Of a DNA stretch of 64,000 bases, positions 20,768 through 30,287 are shown one piece after another. Every line of letters starts with the position of its first letter. Within the stretch, counting starts at the first letter, position 1. The notes under the pieces are model-generated. The model was not told the origin of the DNA. It searched no databases and was given only the letters and a program-made list of their open reading frames with translations. Position numbers and translations under genes: made by a program. Origin of the DNA: Bacilli bacterium. GTDB lineage: Bacteria > Bacillota_I > Bacilli_A > ML615J-28 > CAG-698. The stretch covers positions 480,001 to 544,000 of the forward strand of contig JBMNLZ010000002.1 in the NCBI GenBank assembly GCA_050953065.1, read 5' to 3'.

Positions 20768-21976
20768 ATGTGGACTAAAAGAAGACATAAAATTATTGTA
20801 GCTTTGGTTAAACCGTTATTTAAAATAATTGGTTTTTTTAAGTTCGGATATCGTTATAAAAAATACAAACTTAATAAAAAGGAAGCTTATATTATTGTTT
20901 CTAATCATCAGACTGTTTTTGATCATTTTATGTATGGTTTGGCCTTTAATAGAAATTTATATTATATAGCAACTGAAGATATTTTTTCAATGGGGTTTTT
21001 ATCAAAATTGTTGAAGTTTGCAGTTGCGCCAATTCCAAAAAGTAAATCAATGAGAGATTCTCAAACTGTAAGGATATCAATGCAAGTTGTTAAAGAAAAA
21101 GGTGTAATTATGGTTTCACCAGAAGGAAACAGAACCTATAGTGGTGAAACAGCCTATATAGATCCTGCAATTGCTAAGTTTGTTAAATTGTTAAAAGTTA
21201 CTTTGATTATATTTAATATTACTGGTGGATATGGTGTACATCCACGTTGGGCTAATAAATCAAGGAAAGGTAAGACTTTTGGAGAAGTTGTTAAAATTCT
21301 AACATATGATGAATATAAGGATTTATCAAATGAAGAATTATATGATATTATTAAAACAAATTTATATGTAGATGATACTACAACTAAAAATACATATAAA
21401 TCTAAAAAATCTGCTGAATATTGCGAGAGATTTTTGTATGTTTGTCCTAATTGTGGCATTACTAAAATATATTCTAAGGGTGAATATATATATTGTCCTG
21501 AATGTGAATTAAAAGTTAAATATAATGAAAATTTAGAGTTTGAAGTTGTTGAAGGAAAATTTAATTTTCTTAATATGAAAGAATGGTATCATTATCAAGA
21601 AGATTTTGTTTCAAAGTTAAACTTTGAAAAGTTTAAAGAAGAGGAAGTTATATTTAGTGATGAAGGAGTTTTTTTATTAAAACAAGAAAAGAATGTTAAA
21701 AAAATTAATATTTTAGAAGGTCAAATTGTCTTATATAAAAATAGAATAACAATAAATAATAATAAAAAAGACTATACCTTTTATTTTGATGACATAGATG
21801 CAATGACAGCTTTAGGGAAGAATAAATTGGGTTTTTATCTTAATGATGAAACTTTTCAAGTGAAGTCTAATGTAAGATTTAACCCTGTTAAATATATGCA
21901 TTTATTTTATCATTACAAAAACACACAAAAAGGAGAAAAAGATGATTTTAGAAGTAGTGAATTTTTGGGATTATAA
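20768..21976 (+). CDS. PlsC-family lysophospholipid acyltransferase with C-terminal zinc-ribbon extension
   Basis: 'NHQTVFD' (HX4D), 'PEGNRT', CPNC...CPEC. Confidence 0.85.
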   Translation: MWTKRRHKIIVALVKPLFKIIGFFKFGYRYKKYKLNKKEAYIIVSNHQTVFDHFMYGLAFNRNLYYIATEDIFSMGFLSKLLKFAVAPIPKSKSMRDSQTVRISMQVVKEKGVIMVSPEGNRTYSGETAYIDPAIAKFVKLLKVTLIIFNITGGYGVHPRWANKSRKGKTFGEVVKILTYDEYKDLSNEELYDIIKTNLYVDDTTTKNTYKSKKSAEYCERFLYVCPNCGITKIYSKGEYIYCPECELKVKYNENLEFEVVEGKFNFLNMKEWYHYQEDFVSKLNFEKFKEEEVIFSDEGVFLLKQEKNVKKINILEGQIVLYKNRITINNNKKDYTFYFDDIDAMTALGKNKLGFYLNDETFQVKSNVRFNPVKYMHLFYHYKNTQKGEKDDFRSSEFLGL

Positions 21977-23387
21977 AATTTGGGAATTGCTTATTCAATT
22001 AACAGTTTTAATGTTAGGTATGCTTTATGCTCACATGCTAATTAGGCTGATTAAACCTTTAAGACATGCACTTATTCCAAGTTCTGTTTTAGGTGGCTTT
22101 ATTTTATTAGCGTTTAATGTAATTGTAAAAAGAGCAACAGGAACTCCTTTTTTTGACCAAACAGTTTTAGAATCTTTAACATTTCACTGTTTAGGGCTTG
22201 GGTTTGTAGCGATGGCTTTAAAAACTAATGTTAAAAAAAGTGGTAAAAAAGAGAAACGGGAAATATTTGATTCAGGTATTACGGTAGTTAGTTCATATTT
22301 AATGCAAGCAATTATAGGGTTAGCTATTACGATAACATTGGGGTATACTTTATTTCCAAATCTATTTAAAGCAGGAGGAATTCTACTTGCTTTAGGTTAT
22401 GGTCAAGGCCCAGGACAAGCACTTAACTTTGGTAAAACATATGAAGATACATATGGTTTTGTAAGTGGAGGGTCGTTTGGTTTGACTATTGCATCAATGG
22501 GCTTTATTGCAGCTAGTATTGGTGGTGTTATTTATTTAAATATATTAAAGAAAAAAGGTAGAATTATAATACAAGATGATTTTATTTCTGAGAACTTATC
22601 AGCAATTGAAGTTTCTAGTGAAAATGAAATTCCAATGACTGAATCAATGGATAAGCTTACTGTTCAAATAGGTTTAGTGATGTTTAGTTATTTTTTAGCT
22701 TTTTTAGCAATGTTTGGAATTTCAACTTTAATGGATACAAACATTTTAGGTAATTTTGGAACTAAGACTATTAAACCACTTATTTGGGGATTCAACTTTT
22801 TGATTGGAACAATATTTGCGATTATAGTAAAAGTTGTTTTAAACAAATTAAAAGATAAACAAATAATTAATAGAGAATATAGAAACAATTTTATGTTAAG
22901 TAGAATTGGAGGATTCTTATTTGATGTAATGGTTGTTGCTAGTATTGCTGCTATTCAAATAGAATTCTTAGAACATTATATTTTACCGATGGTATTAATT
23001 TGTGTAATCGGTGGAGTTGCAACTTATTTCCAAATTGCGTTTATCACAAAAAGAATTTTTCCAGATTATCCGGATGAAGCTTTCTTATCATTATATGGTA
23101 ATTTGACTGGAACTGCTAGTACAGGGATTATTTTGTTGAGAGAACTAGATACTGAGTTTGAAACTCCAGCTGCAACTAACCTTGTGTATTTAACTTTGCC
23201 TGCGATTGTTTTTGGCTTTCCAATGATGTTATTACTTGGGTATGCACCACAAAATGATACAGCAACAGTTATTACTTTATTCATTTTAATTGTTTTATTT
23301 ATAGCAATGAATTTAATATTATTTAGAAGAAGTATTTTTAAGAAAAATAAAAAAGAAGAAGTCATAGAAAAAGTTAATGAGGAATAA
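21942..23387 (+). CDS. GltS-like sodium/glutamate symporter family protein
   Basis: 'IPSSVLGG', 'GYGQGPGQA', 'YGNLTGTASTG..LL'. Confidence 0.72.
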   Translation: MILEVVNFWDYKIWELLIQLTVLMLGMLYAHMLIRLIKPLRHALIPSSVLGGFILLAFNVIVKRATGTPFFDQTVLESLTFHCLGLGFVAMALKTNVKKSGKKEKREIFDSGITVVSSYLMQAIIGLAITITLGYTLFPNLFKAGGILLALGYGQGPGQALNFGKTYEDTYGFVSGGSFGLTIASMGFIAASIGGVIYLNILKKKGRIIIQDDFISENLSAIEVSSENEIPMTESMDKLTVQIGLVMFSYFLAFLAMFGISTLMDTNILGNFGTKTIKPLIWGFNFLIGTIFAIIVKVVLNKLKDKQIINREYRNNFMLSRIGGFLFDVMVVASIAAIQIEFLEHYILPMVLICVIGGVATYFQIAFITKRIFPDYPDEAFLSLYGNLTGTASTGIILLRELDTEFETPAATNLVYLTLPAIVFGFPMMLLLGYAPQNDTATVITLFILIVLFIAMNLILFRRSIFKKNKKEEVIEKVNEE

Positions 23388-23390
23388 AGT

Positions 23391-24413
23391 ATGACATATG
23401 TTTTAGTAGGGATTGGAATTTTAACAGTTATTTATATGTTTATTTCTATTGCAATATATAGAGCTATCTTTAGTAATAGAAATAACGGAAATCCAAAATT
23501 AAAATTTTTTACAGAAGAAGATTTTAAAGGTTTAAAATCTAAAGATATTTCTTTTAAATCAAATAAAAAACAAACCTTAAAAGGTAAGGTTTATTATTAC
23601 GAAAAGGAAGAATATTTAGGTTTGCTAATTTTTGTACATGGAATTGGTGCAGGGCATTTAGCTTATACTACTGAGATAAATCATTTTGCAGAACAAGGTT
23701 TTTTAGTATTAAGTTATGATAATACTGGAAGTGGTATTTCAGAAGGGAAAAACATCGTAGGTTTTTCACAAAGAGTAATCGATTTAAAATATTGTTTAGA
23801 CTTTGTTTTAGAAAATAAAGAATTAAATAAATATAAAATTGTACTTTGTGGACACTCTTGGGGAGCATTTGCTGTGATGAATATTTTAAATTACGATTAT
23901 GATATTAAAGCAGTAGTATCACTTGCAGGTTTTCCAAAAGCATCAACTGCTTATACTAAAGTTATTTCAAGACTAGTTAATCCGTTTTTAGGTATCTTTG
24001 GCTTTGGATTATCATTAATTGAAACAATAAAATTTGGTAAATTAGCAAGTTTTAGTGCTTTTAAAGCTTTTAAAAAGACTAAAGCTAAGGTATTATTTAT
24101 TTATGGAAAAAAAGATAATATGTTAGATTTTAAAGGGTTTGAAAATGATAGGTTTGATAATCTTAAAGTAATCGCTCTTGAATCAAAGGGACATAGAGTT
24201 AATATTACTGATGAAGCAGTAGCATATGATATAAAAAGGGATGAAGACTTAAAAGCTTTATATAAAAAATACAACAATCAAATTCCTGAAAGTGTTGAAA
24301 AAGAATATTATGCTAATTTAGATTATGATTTGTTAGTAGAGTTAGATAAAAATGTTATGAAGAAAATTGATGATTTTTTTATTAATGAAATTAAAAATAG
24401 AGTTGCAAATTAA
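23391..24413 (+). CDS. Membrane-anchored alpha/beta hydrolase
   Basis: 'FVHGIG', 'YDNTGSGIS', nucleophile elbow GHSWG. Confidence 0.88.
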   Translation: MTYVLVGIGILTVIYMFISIAIYRAIFSNRNNGNPKLKFFTEEDFKGLKSKDISFKSNKKQTLKGKVYYYEKEEYLGLLIFVHGIGAGHLAYTTEINHFAEQGFLVLSYDNTGSGISEGKNIVGFSQRVIDLKYCLDFVLENKELNKYKIVLCGHSWGAFAVMNILNYDYDIKAVVSLAGFPKASTAYTKVISRLVNPFLGIFGFGLSLIETIKFGKLASFSAFKAFKKTKAKVLFIYGKKDNMLDFKGFENDRFDNLKVIALESKGHRVNITDEAVAYDIKRDEDLKALYKKYNNQIPESVEKEYYANLDYDLLVELDKNVMKKIDDFFINEIKNRVAN

Positions 24414-24428
24414 TGCAACTCTATTTTT
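24393..24428. terminator. Bidirectional terminator
   Basis: AAAAATAGAGTTGCA / TGCAACTCTATTTTT between convergent genes. Confidence 0.8.
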
Positions 24429-24480
24429 TAGTTTTATAATGTTAAAATATCTTAATTAAGTTGTTATCAGTGTTAAATTA

Positions 24481-25995
24481 TTATTCAGTAAATGGTGGAT
24501 ATTGTGGAGTGCCATATCCTGAAATTGTACTATGTTGCAATGGATAACTTCTATATGCAACCGTATTACTAGTATTACCTTCAATTGTATATACTCTAGT
24601 AGCATCAGTTGAGATTACAATTCCAGTATGGTCTGCATCATCACCATCATAAGTAAAGAATATAATATCTCCTTTTTTTGGTGTGTAGGTTTCTTTGTAT
24701 TGGATTAAATCACGTTCTATAAACCATTCACGACCTAAAGTACAGCTAGCATATTTTGGAATTATTTCTGTTGAAATTCCAGATTGATAAGCACACCATG
24801 AAACAAACATCGCACACCAAGCACCTGTAGGATATTCTCCGCCACCATACCAAGCACCAAATTTTGTCCATCCGTTAGCTGCCTCTTGATAGCCTAATTC
24901 TTCAGCTGCAATAGCAAGAAGTCTACTTACATAATCGACATTTGGTACACCATAAACTGTAATAGTAATAGTAGTATAAGTTTTAGGGTTTGTTTTTAAT
25001 CTTGCGGCTAGAGTTCCACTTCCAGCCAATAAAGTAGTAACACGTCCATTTTCATTTACTGAAAGGATTGAAGGAGATAGTGAAAACCAATCAAACAATG
25101 TATTATCATTAACTCCATCAACTTTTGCATAAGCAAATTCACCAGCTTGTACTGCGAATCCAGGATTGTTTGGTGATTCAAGATATAGTGTTGCGATTCC
25201 ATCTTCAACTGAGCCACCAACTGTAATTTCAATAGAACCATCAATTCCAGATTTTGCAGTATAACTAGCTCTTAGTATAGTAGTACCTGCAGAAAGTCCT
25301 GTAACATTACAATCATCATCTATAGAAAGAATGTTAGGATTATCTACAGTCCAAGTAAAATCTAAAGGAGTATTAGCGTCAGTTAAATCAATGTTTGTAA
25401 TTGTAACTGCGATAGGCTTATTAATTGGGATTTTAGTAGTTGGCATTGAAAGATTAAGCGGAATTATTAATTTCCAAGTGCCACTGATAGTAGTATCAAA
25501 CTTATTTGTAACAGTTACAGTAGTAGTACCAGGTTTTAAAGCTTTAATATTATAGTTTGCATCAATTGTTGCGATGTTAGTATCTTCTAATACCCAATCA
25601 AAATCAGCTCTATTTGAGAAGTCTTGAATTGTTAGTCTAACCATTGAGTCTACATCTACAACTTCTTTTGGGCTAGTAAGAACTAAAGGAATTTTTATAC
25701 TGATAGATGCTTTTATATCTGAATTTGCTTTTGAAGAAACGGTTAAAGTTGTTTCACCATAATCTATCGCTTGCAAGTTCCCACTTTCTAGTTGTGCAAT
25801 GCCTGGAGTAGAAAAAGTAAAAACAAGTTCATTTAAAGTGGCATTAGAAACTTCTAAAGGTAGTGGGATTTGTTCTCCAATTAATAATTCAATAGATTCA
25901 GTTACAAAGTCTAAAGTAACATTACTTACCTTATTACAACCACTAAATATAAATAATAAACAACAAAAAGATATTAAAAATAAAAGTTTTCTCAT
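24481..25995 (-). CDS. Lipoprotein with Ig-like repeats and a C-terminal CHAP amidase/peptidase domain
   Basis: Lipobox FSGC; 'TKFGAWY....AWCAMFVSWC', 'PKKGDIIFF', 'DHTGIV', 'YTIEGNT'; ATG 25995 with GAGGTG RBS. Confidence 0.87.
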   Translation of the reverse strand: MRKLLFLISFCCLLFIFSGCNKVSNVTLDFVTESIELLIGEQIPLPLEVSNATLNELVFTFSTPGIAQLESGNLQAIDYGETTLTVSSKANSDIKASISIKIPLVLTSPKEVVDVDSMVRLTIQDFSNRADFDWVLEDTNIATIDANYNIKALKPGTTTVTVTNKFDTTISGTWKLIIPLNLSMPTTKIPINKPIAVTITNIDLTDANTPLDFTWTVDNPNILSIDDDCNVTGLSAGTTILRASYTAKSGIDGSIEITVGGSVEDGIATLYLESPNNPGFAVQAGEFAYAKVDGVNDNTLFDWFSLSPSILSVNENGRVTTLLAGSGTLAARLKTNPKTYTTITITVYGVPNVDYVSRLLAIAAEELGYQEAANGWTKFGAWYGGGEYPTGAWCAMFVSWCAYQSGISTEIIPKYASCTLGREWFIERDLIQYKETYTPKKGDIIFFTYDGDDADHTGIVISTDATRVYTIEGNTSNTVAYRSYPLQHSTISGYGTPQYPPFTE

Positions 25996-26261
25996 TTTGT
26001 GCACCTCATTTTCATTATATCAAAAGTTAGAATAATTATCAATAAAAGAGCTTTTAAAAGTTGAAGATGTTTTCTATGTACATGAATAAAGAGGAGCTCT
26101 TTTTCGCTAATTGGTTTGGTTGACATATATTTATTAAAGTAGTAGCATAAAATCTTGATAAAACTATCTAAAAGTGATAAAATAAAAGAAGTGTTTAGTA
26201 TAAAGATTTAACGTAATTTATAAAAATGCTTTTATCCTTTTTTAAAGTTTTGGAGGAATAT

Positions 26262-28871
26262 ATGGATGTTAAAAAAAGTATTAATGAAGTAATCAAAGAA
26301 CTTGAAACTGATGTAGTTAAGGGCTTAAGTAGTAGCGAAGTAGAAGAAAGACTAGCTAAATTTGGTAAAAATCAATTGCTAGAAAAAAAGAAAAAACCTT
26401 GGATTATCAGATTTTTTGAGCAGTTTAAAGATTTTCTAGTTATCATTCTTTTGATTGCAGCGGTAGTTTCAATTTTAGTGGACCCACATGAATGGATAGA
26501 AAGTTTGATTATTTTTATTGTAGTTTTATTAAATGCTATTTTAGGGTTAGTTCAGGAAAGTAAAGCAGAAAAATCATTAGAAGCTTTAAAGAAATTAAGC
26601 ACTCCTTTTGTTAAGGTTATAAGAAATACTGAAATGTTAAGTATTTCTTCAACTGATTTAGTTAAAGGAGATATTATAATAGTAGAAGCTGGTAACTTTA
26701 TTCCAGCTGATTGTAGATTAATAGAAGCAGTTAACCTTTCAGTTGATGAAAGTGCTTTGACTGGAGAAAGTGTTCCAGTCCACAAAATTATTGAACCAAT
26801 TGATAAAGAAAGTATTTCAATTGGTGATATGAAGAATAGTTTGTTTTCATCAACTTATGCAACTTATGGTCATGGTAAAGCAGTTGTAGTAAAAACAGGG
26901 ATGGAAACTGAAATTGGTAAAATTGCATCTTCTTTAATGGATTTTAAAGAAACTAAAACTCCACTTCAAGAAAAATTAGATCAAATAGGCAAAGTTATTG
27001 GAATTTTATGTGTTGCTATTTGTATAGTTGTTTTTGCTTTGGAAATGATAGTACAACCTAATTTTATTGAGGCCTTTAAAATGGCAGTCGCTTTAGCAGT
27101 AGCAGCAGTACCAGAAGGCTTAGCTGCGATTGTTACAGTTATTCTAGCGATTGGTGTTGAGAAGATGGTTAGACAAAAAGCGATTGTTAAAAAACTTCCT
27201 GCTGTTGAAACATTAGGTGCTGCATCTGTTATTTGTTCTGATAAAACAGGAACTCTAACTCAAAACAAAATGACTGTTTTAAAAATCTTTCATAATGAAT
27301 TAAAAGATATAGATAACTCTTTAACAAAAGAAGAGTTAGAAATGTTAGAACTTTTTGCAATGTGTACTGATGCAATTGTAGAAGAAACAGAAGATGGTAT
27401 AAAAGAAATAGGAGATCCTACTGAAACAGCATTAGTCTCAGCAAAACAAAAATACGTTAAAAAACCTACTTTTAAAGGCTTAAAAAGAGTTTATGACTTA
27501 TCTTTTGATTCAGCAAGAAAAATGATGAGTGTAGTTTTTGAAAAAAAGGATGGAAAATATTTAGTAATTACTAAAGGTGCTGTTGATGTTTTAATGAATA
27601 GATCTTTAAATGTTGATAAAATGAAGATTCTAAAAGCAACGGATGAAATGGCTAGTAAAGCTTTAAGAGTTTTAGCGGTCGCTTATAAAGAAATGGATTT
27701 TATTCCTAAAGATTTAGATTTTAGTGAAGTTGAAAAAGATTTGAATTTTGTAGGGCTTGTTGGTATGATTGACCCTGCTAGACCTGAGGTTAAAGATTCA
27801 GTTGCTCTTGCAAGTAAAGCTGGTATCAGAACAATTATGATAACAGGGGATTATGTTGCTACAGCTAAAGCCATAGCAAGTGAACTTAATATCTTAAGAG
27901 AAGGAGATATTGCATTATCTTCTCAAGAATTAAATGCATTAAGTGATGAAGAACTTTCAAATAATATTGAAAAGTATTCTGTTTATGCAAGAGTTGCACC
28001 TAGTGATAAGGTAAGAATTGTTAAGGCTTGGCAAGAAAATGGTCAGGTTGTAGCAATGACTGGAGATGGGGTTAATGATTCTCCTGCTCTAAAACAAGCA
28101 GACATTGGTTGTGCTATGGGGATTACAGGGACTGATGTTGCCAAAGAAGCAGCTGATGTTGTTTTAGTTGATGATAACTTTAAAACAATAGTTACAGCAG
28201 TTTATTATGGTAGAGGGATTTATGCTAATATAAAGAAGGTTGTTAGATATTTATTATCTAGTAATATTGGTGAGGTTTTTACAATCTTTGTAGCATCACT
28301 ATTATCAGTAATTTTAGCTGGGGTTGATTTTGGAATTCCACTATTAGCAATTCATTTATTATGGGTTAACTTGATAACTGATAGTTTGCCTGCCTTTGCT
28401 TTAGGAGCAGAAGATCCAGAACCAGATGTAATGGAACATAAACCACGTAGTAAAAATGAGAGTTTTTTTGCTCACGGTTTAGGTTTTTCAATAGTTTGGC
28501 AAGGAATTGTAATTGGTTCATTAACACTAATTGCTTATATGATTGGTCATTTTACAAGTCCTGAGACTTATTTAGGTCAAACAATGGCTTTTATGACTCT
28601 ATCAAGCATTCAATTATTCCATTCATTTAATATGAAGAGCGAACATAGTTTATTTAAAACAAATATTTTAAAAAATAAATATTTAGTAGGAGCATTCATT
28701 GTAGGAATGGCTTTACAATTTGGAATTTGTTATATACCTTTCTTAAACGATATTTTTAAAATGGTTCCTTTAAATTTTGGACAATTGATGATTGTTATGG
28801 GATTATCTTTTTCAATAATAGTAATTGTTGAAATTATAAAAGCTATTAAATCAAAAATAGTCAAAGAATGA
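26262..28871 (+). CDS. P-type IIA cation (Ca2+)-transporting ATPase
   Basis: TGES, VPEGL, DKTGTLT, KGA, GDGVNDSPAL; GGAGG RBS before ATG 26262. Confidence 0.93.
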   Translation: MDVKKSINEVIKELETDVVKGLSSSEVEERLAKFGKNQLLEKKKKPWIIRFFEQFKDFLVIILLIAAVVSILVDPHEWIESLIIFIVVLLNAILGLVQESKAEKSLEALKKLSTPFVKVIRNTEMLSISSTDLVKGDIIIVEAGNFIPADCRLIEAVNLSVDESALTGESVPVHKIIEPIDKESISIGDMKNSLFSSTYATYGHGKAVVVKTGMETEIGKIASSLMDFKETKTPLQEKLDQIGKVIGILCVAICIVVFALEMIVQPNFIEAFKMAVALAVAAVPEGLAAIVTVILAIGVEKMVRQKAIVKKLPAVETLGAASVICSDKTGTLTQNKMTVLKIFHNELKDIDNSLTKEELEMLELFAMCTDAIVEETEDGIKEIGDPTETALVSAKQKYVKKPTFKGLKRVYDLSFDSARKMMSVVFEKKDGKYLVITKGAVDVLMNRSLNVDKMKILKATDEMASKALRVLAVAYKEMDFIPKDLDFSEVEKDLNFVGLVGMIDPARPEVKDSVALASKAGIRTIMITGDYVATAKAIASELNILREGDIALSSQELNALSDEELSNNIEKYSVYARVAPSDKVRIVKAWQENGQVVAMTGDGVNDSPALKQADIGCAMGITGTDVAKEAADVVLVDDNFKTIVTAVYYGRGIYANIKKVVRYLLSSNIGEVFTIFVASLLSVILAGVDFGIPLLAIHLLWVNLITDSLPAFALGAEDPEPDVMEHKPRSKNESFFAHGLGFSIVWQGIVIGSLTLIAYMIGHFTSPETYLGQTMAFMTLSSIQLFHSFNMKSEHSLFKTNILKNKYLVGAFIVGMALQFGICYIPFLNDIFKMVPLNFGQLMIVMGLSFSIIVIVEIIKAIKSKIVKE

Positions 28872-28927
28872 TTGTATATTTTTAGTATTTGTGTTAAAAT
28901 ATACAAGTCTTAATAAGGAGGAGTAGT

Positions 28928-30106
28928 ATGAGTAATGTAGGCACAGTTGCAAGAGGAATTAAAGCACCGATTATTAAAAAGGGCGATAATTTAGTGGATA
29001 CAGTTTTTGATTCAATTGTTAAGGCATCAGAAAGTGACAACTTTAAAATTGAAGATAGAGATGTTGTTTGTATAACTGAGGCTATAGTAGCAAGAGCTCA
29101 AAATAACTATGCAAATGTTAATCAAATTGCTAAAGATGTTAAAAGTAAATTTGATGGTGAAATAGTTGGCCTTATTTTACCGATACTAAGCCGTAATAGA
29201 TTTTCGATAATATTAAAAGCTATTAGTATGGGATGCAAAAAATTAGTTATTCAACTTAGTTATCCAGGAGATGAAGTTGGAAATAAATTAGTTTCTTTAG
29301 AAGACTTAGATAAGTATGGTATAAATCCTTACAGTGATTCTTTTACTGAAGAACAATTTAGAAAGTATTTTCCAGAAACTATTCATGCTTTTACTGGGGT
29401 TGATTATATTGAATACTATAAAGAAATTGCTGGTAATAATGCTGAAGTTGTATTATCAAATAACCCTAGATTTATTTTAAATTATACAGATCAAGTTCTA
29501 GTTGCAAATACTCATGAAAGAGTAAGAACTAAACAAATGCTAATTGAAGCAGGGGCTAAAAAGGTTTATTCGCTAGATGAGATTTTAAGTAAAAGTGTGG
29601 ATAATTCAGGTTATCATCCAACGTATGGAGTTTTAGGAAGTAACCTTGCTACTGAAGATTCAGTGAAACTTTTTCCGCGTGATGCTCAAGATATAGTTGA
29701 TGGAATTCAAAAGAAGTTTTTTGATAAATATGGTAAAACAGTTGAAGTTATGATTTATGGAGATGGAGCTTTTAAAGACCCAGTTGGTGGGATTTGGGAA
29801 TTAGCTGATCCTGTTGTTTCACCTTTCTTTACTAAGGGATTAGTTGGAACTCCACATGAAATAAAATTAAAATATTTAGCTGATACTAAATTAAAAGATT
29901 TGAGTGGTGAAGCTTTACAAGAAGCTATGAAAAAACTTATTTTTGAAAAAGAAAATGCTTCATTTGATGTTAATGATACATTAGGAACTACACCAAGAAG
30001 ACTGACTGATTTGTTAGGTAGTCTTGCAGATTTAACTAGTGGAAGTGGAGATAAAGGGACTCCTATCGTATACATTAAGGGGTATTTTGATAATTACGCA
30101 AGTTAA
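28928..30106 (+). CDS. CofE-like (F420-0:gamma-glutamyl ligase family) protein
   Basis: 'GTVARGIKAPII', 'TEAIVARAQ', 'IYGDGAFKDP', 'DLTSGSGDKGTPIVYI'. Confidence 0.75.
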   Translation: MSNVGTVARGIKAPIIKKGDNLVDTVFDSIVKASESDNFKIEDRDVVCITEAIVARAQNNYANVNQIAKDVKSKFDGEIVGLILPILSRNRFSIILKAISMGCKKLVIQLSYPGDEVGNKLVSLEDLDKYGINPYSDSFTEEQFRKYFPETIHAFTGVDYIEYYKEIAGNNAEVVLSNNPRFILNYTDQVLVANTHERVRTKQMLIEAGAKKVYSLDEILSKSVDNSGYHPTYGVLGSNLATEDSVKLFPRDAQDIVDGIQKKFFDKYGKTVEVMIYGDGAFKDPVGGIWELADPVVSPFFTKGLVGTPHEIKLKYLADTKLKDLSGEALQEAMKKLIFEKENASFDVNDTLGTTPRRLTDLLGSLADLTSGSGDKGTPIVYIKGYFDNYAS

Positions 30107-30111
30107 AACTT

Positions 30112-30142
30112 AAAAAAAGAAAACATAAGTTTTCTTTTTTTT
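30112..30142 (+). terminator. Intrinsic terminator
   Basis: AAAAAAAGAAAAC ataa GTTTTCTTTTTTT. Confidence 0.65.
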
Positions 30143-30287
30143 AGGTAATTATATCTGTGTTTTAGTAGGAAGAAATTATTAAATAAAAACAAAGTAAATT
30201 TTATAAAAAACAAAGATAATATTTTGGTAGAAAAAATAGATAAAAAAGTGTATAATGATTAATATACAAGAAAGTTATGGTGATATT

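Noticed and set aside
26040-26261. yybP-ykoY (Mn) riboswitch upstream of the P-type ATPase
   Set aside because: Only a partial AGTAGC and a widely spaced AAAAGAGCT/AGCTCTTTT repeat are present. The other conserved elements are not visible; an Infernal search would be needed.
30143-30287. T-box or other leader upstream of proS; ATAAAAA(A)CAAAG direct repeat
   Set aside because: No TGGNACC or terminator. The repeat is A-rich low complexity and likely chance.
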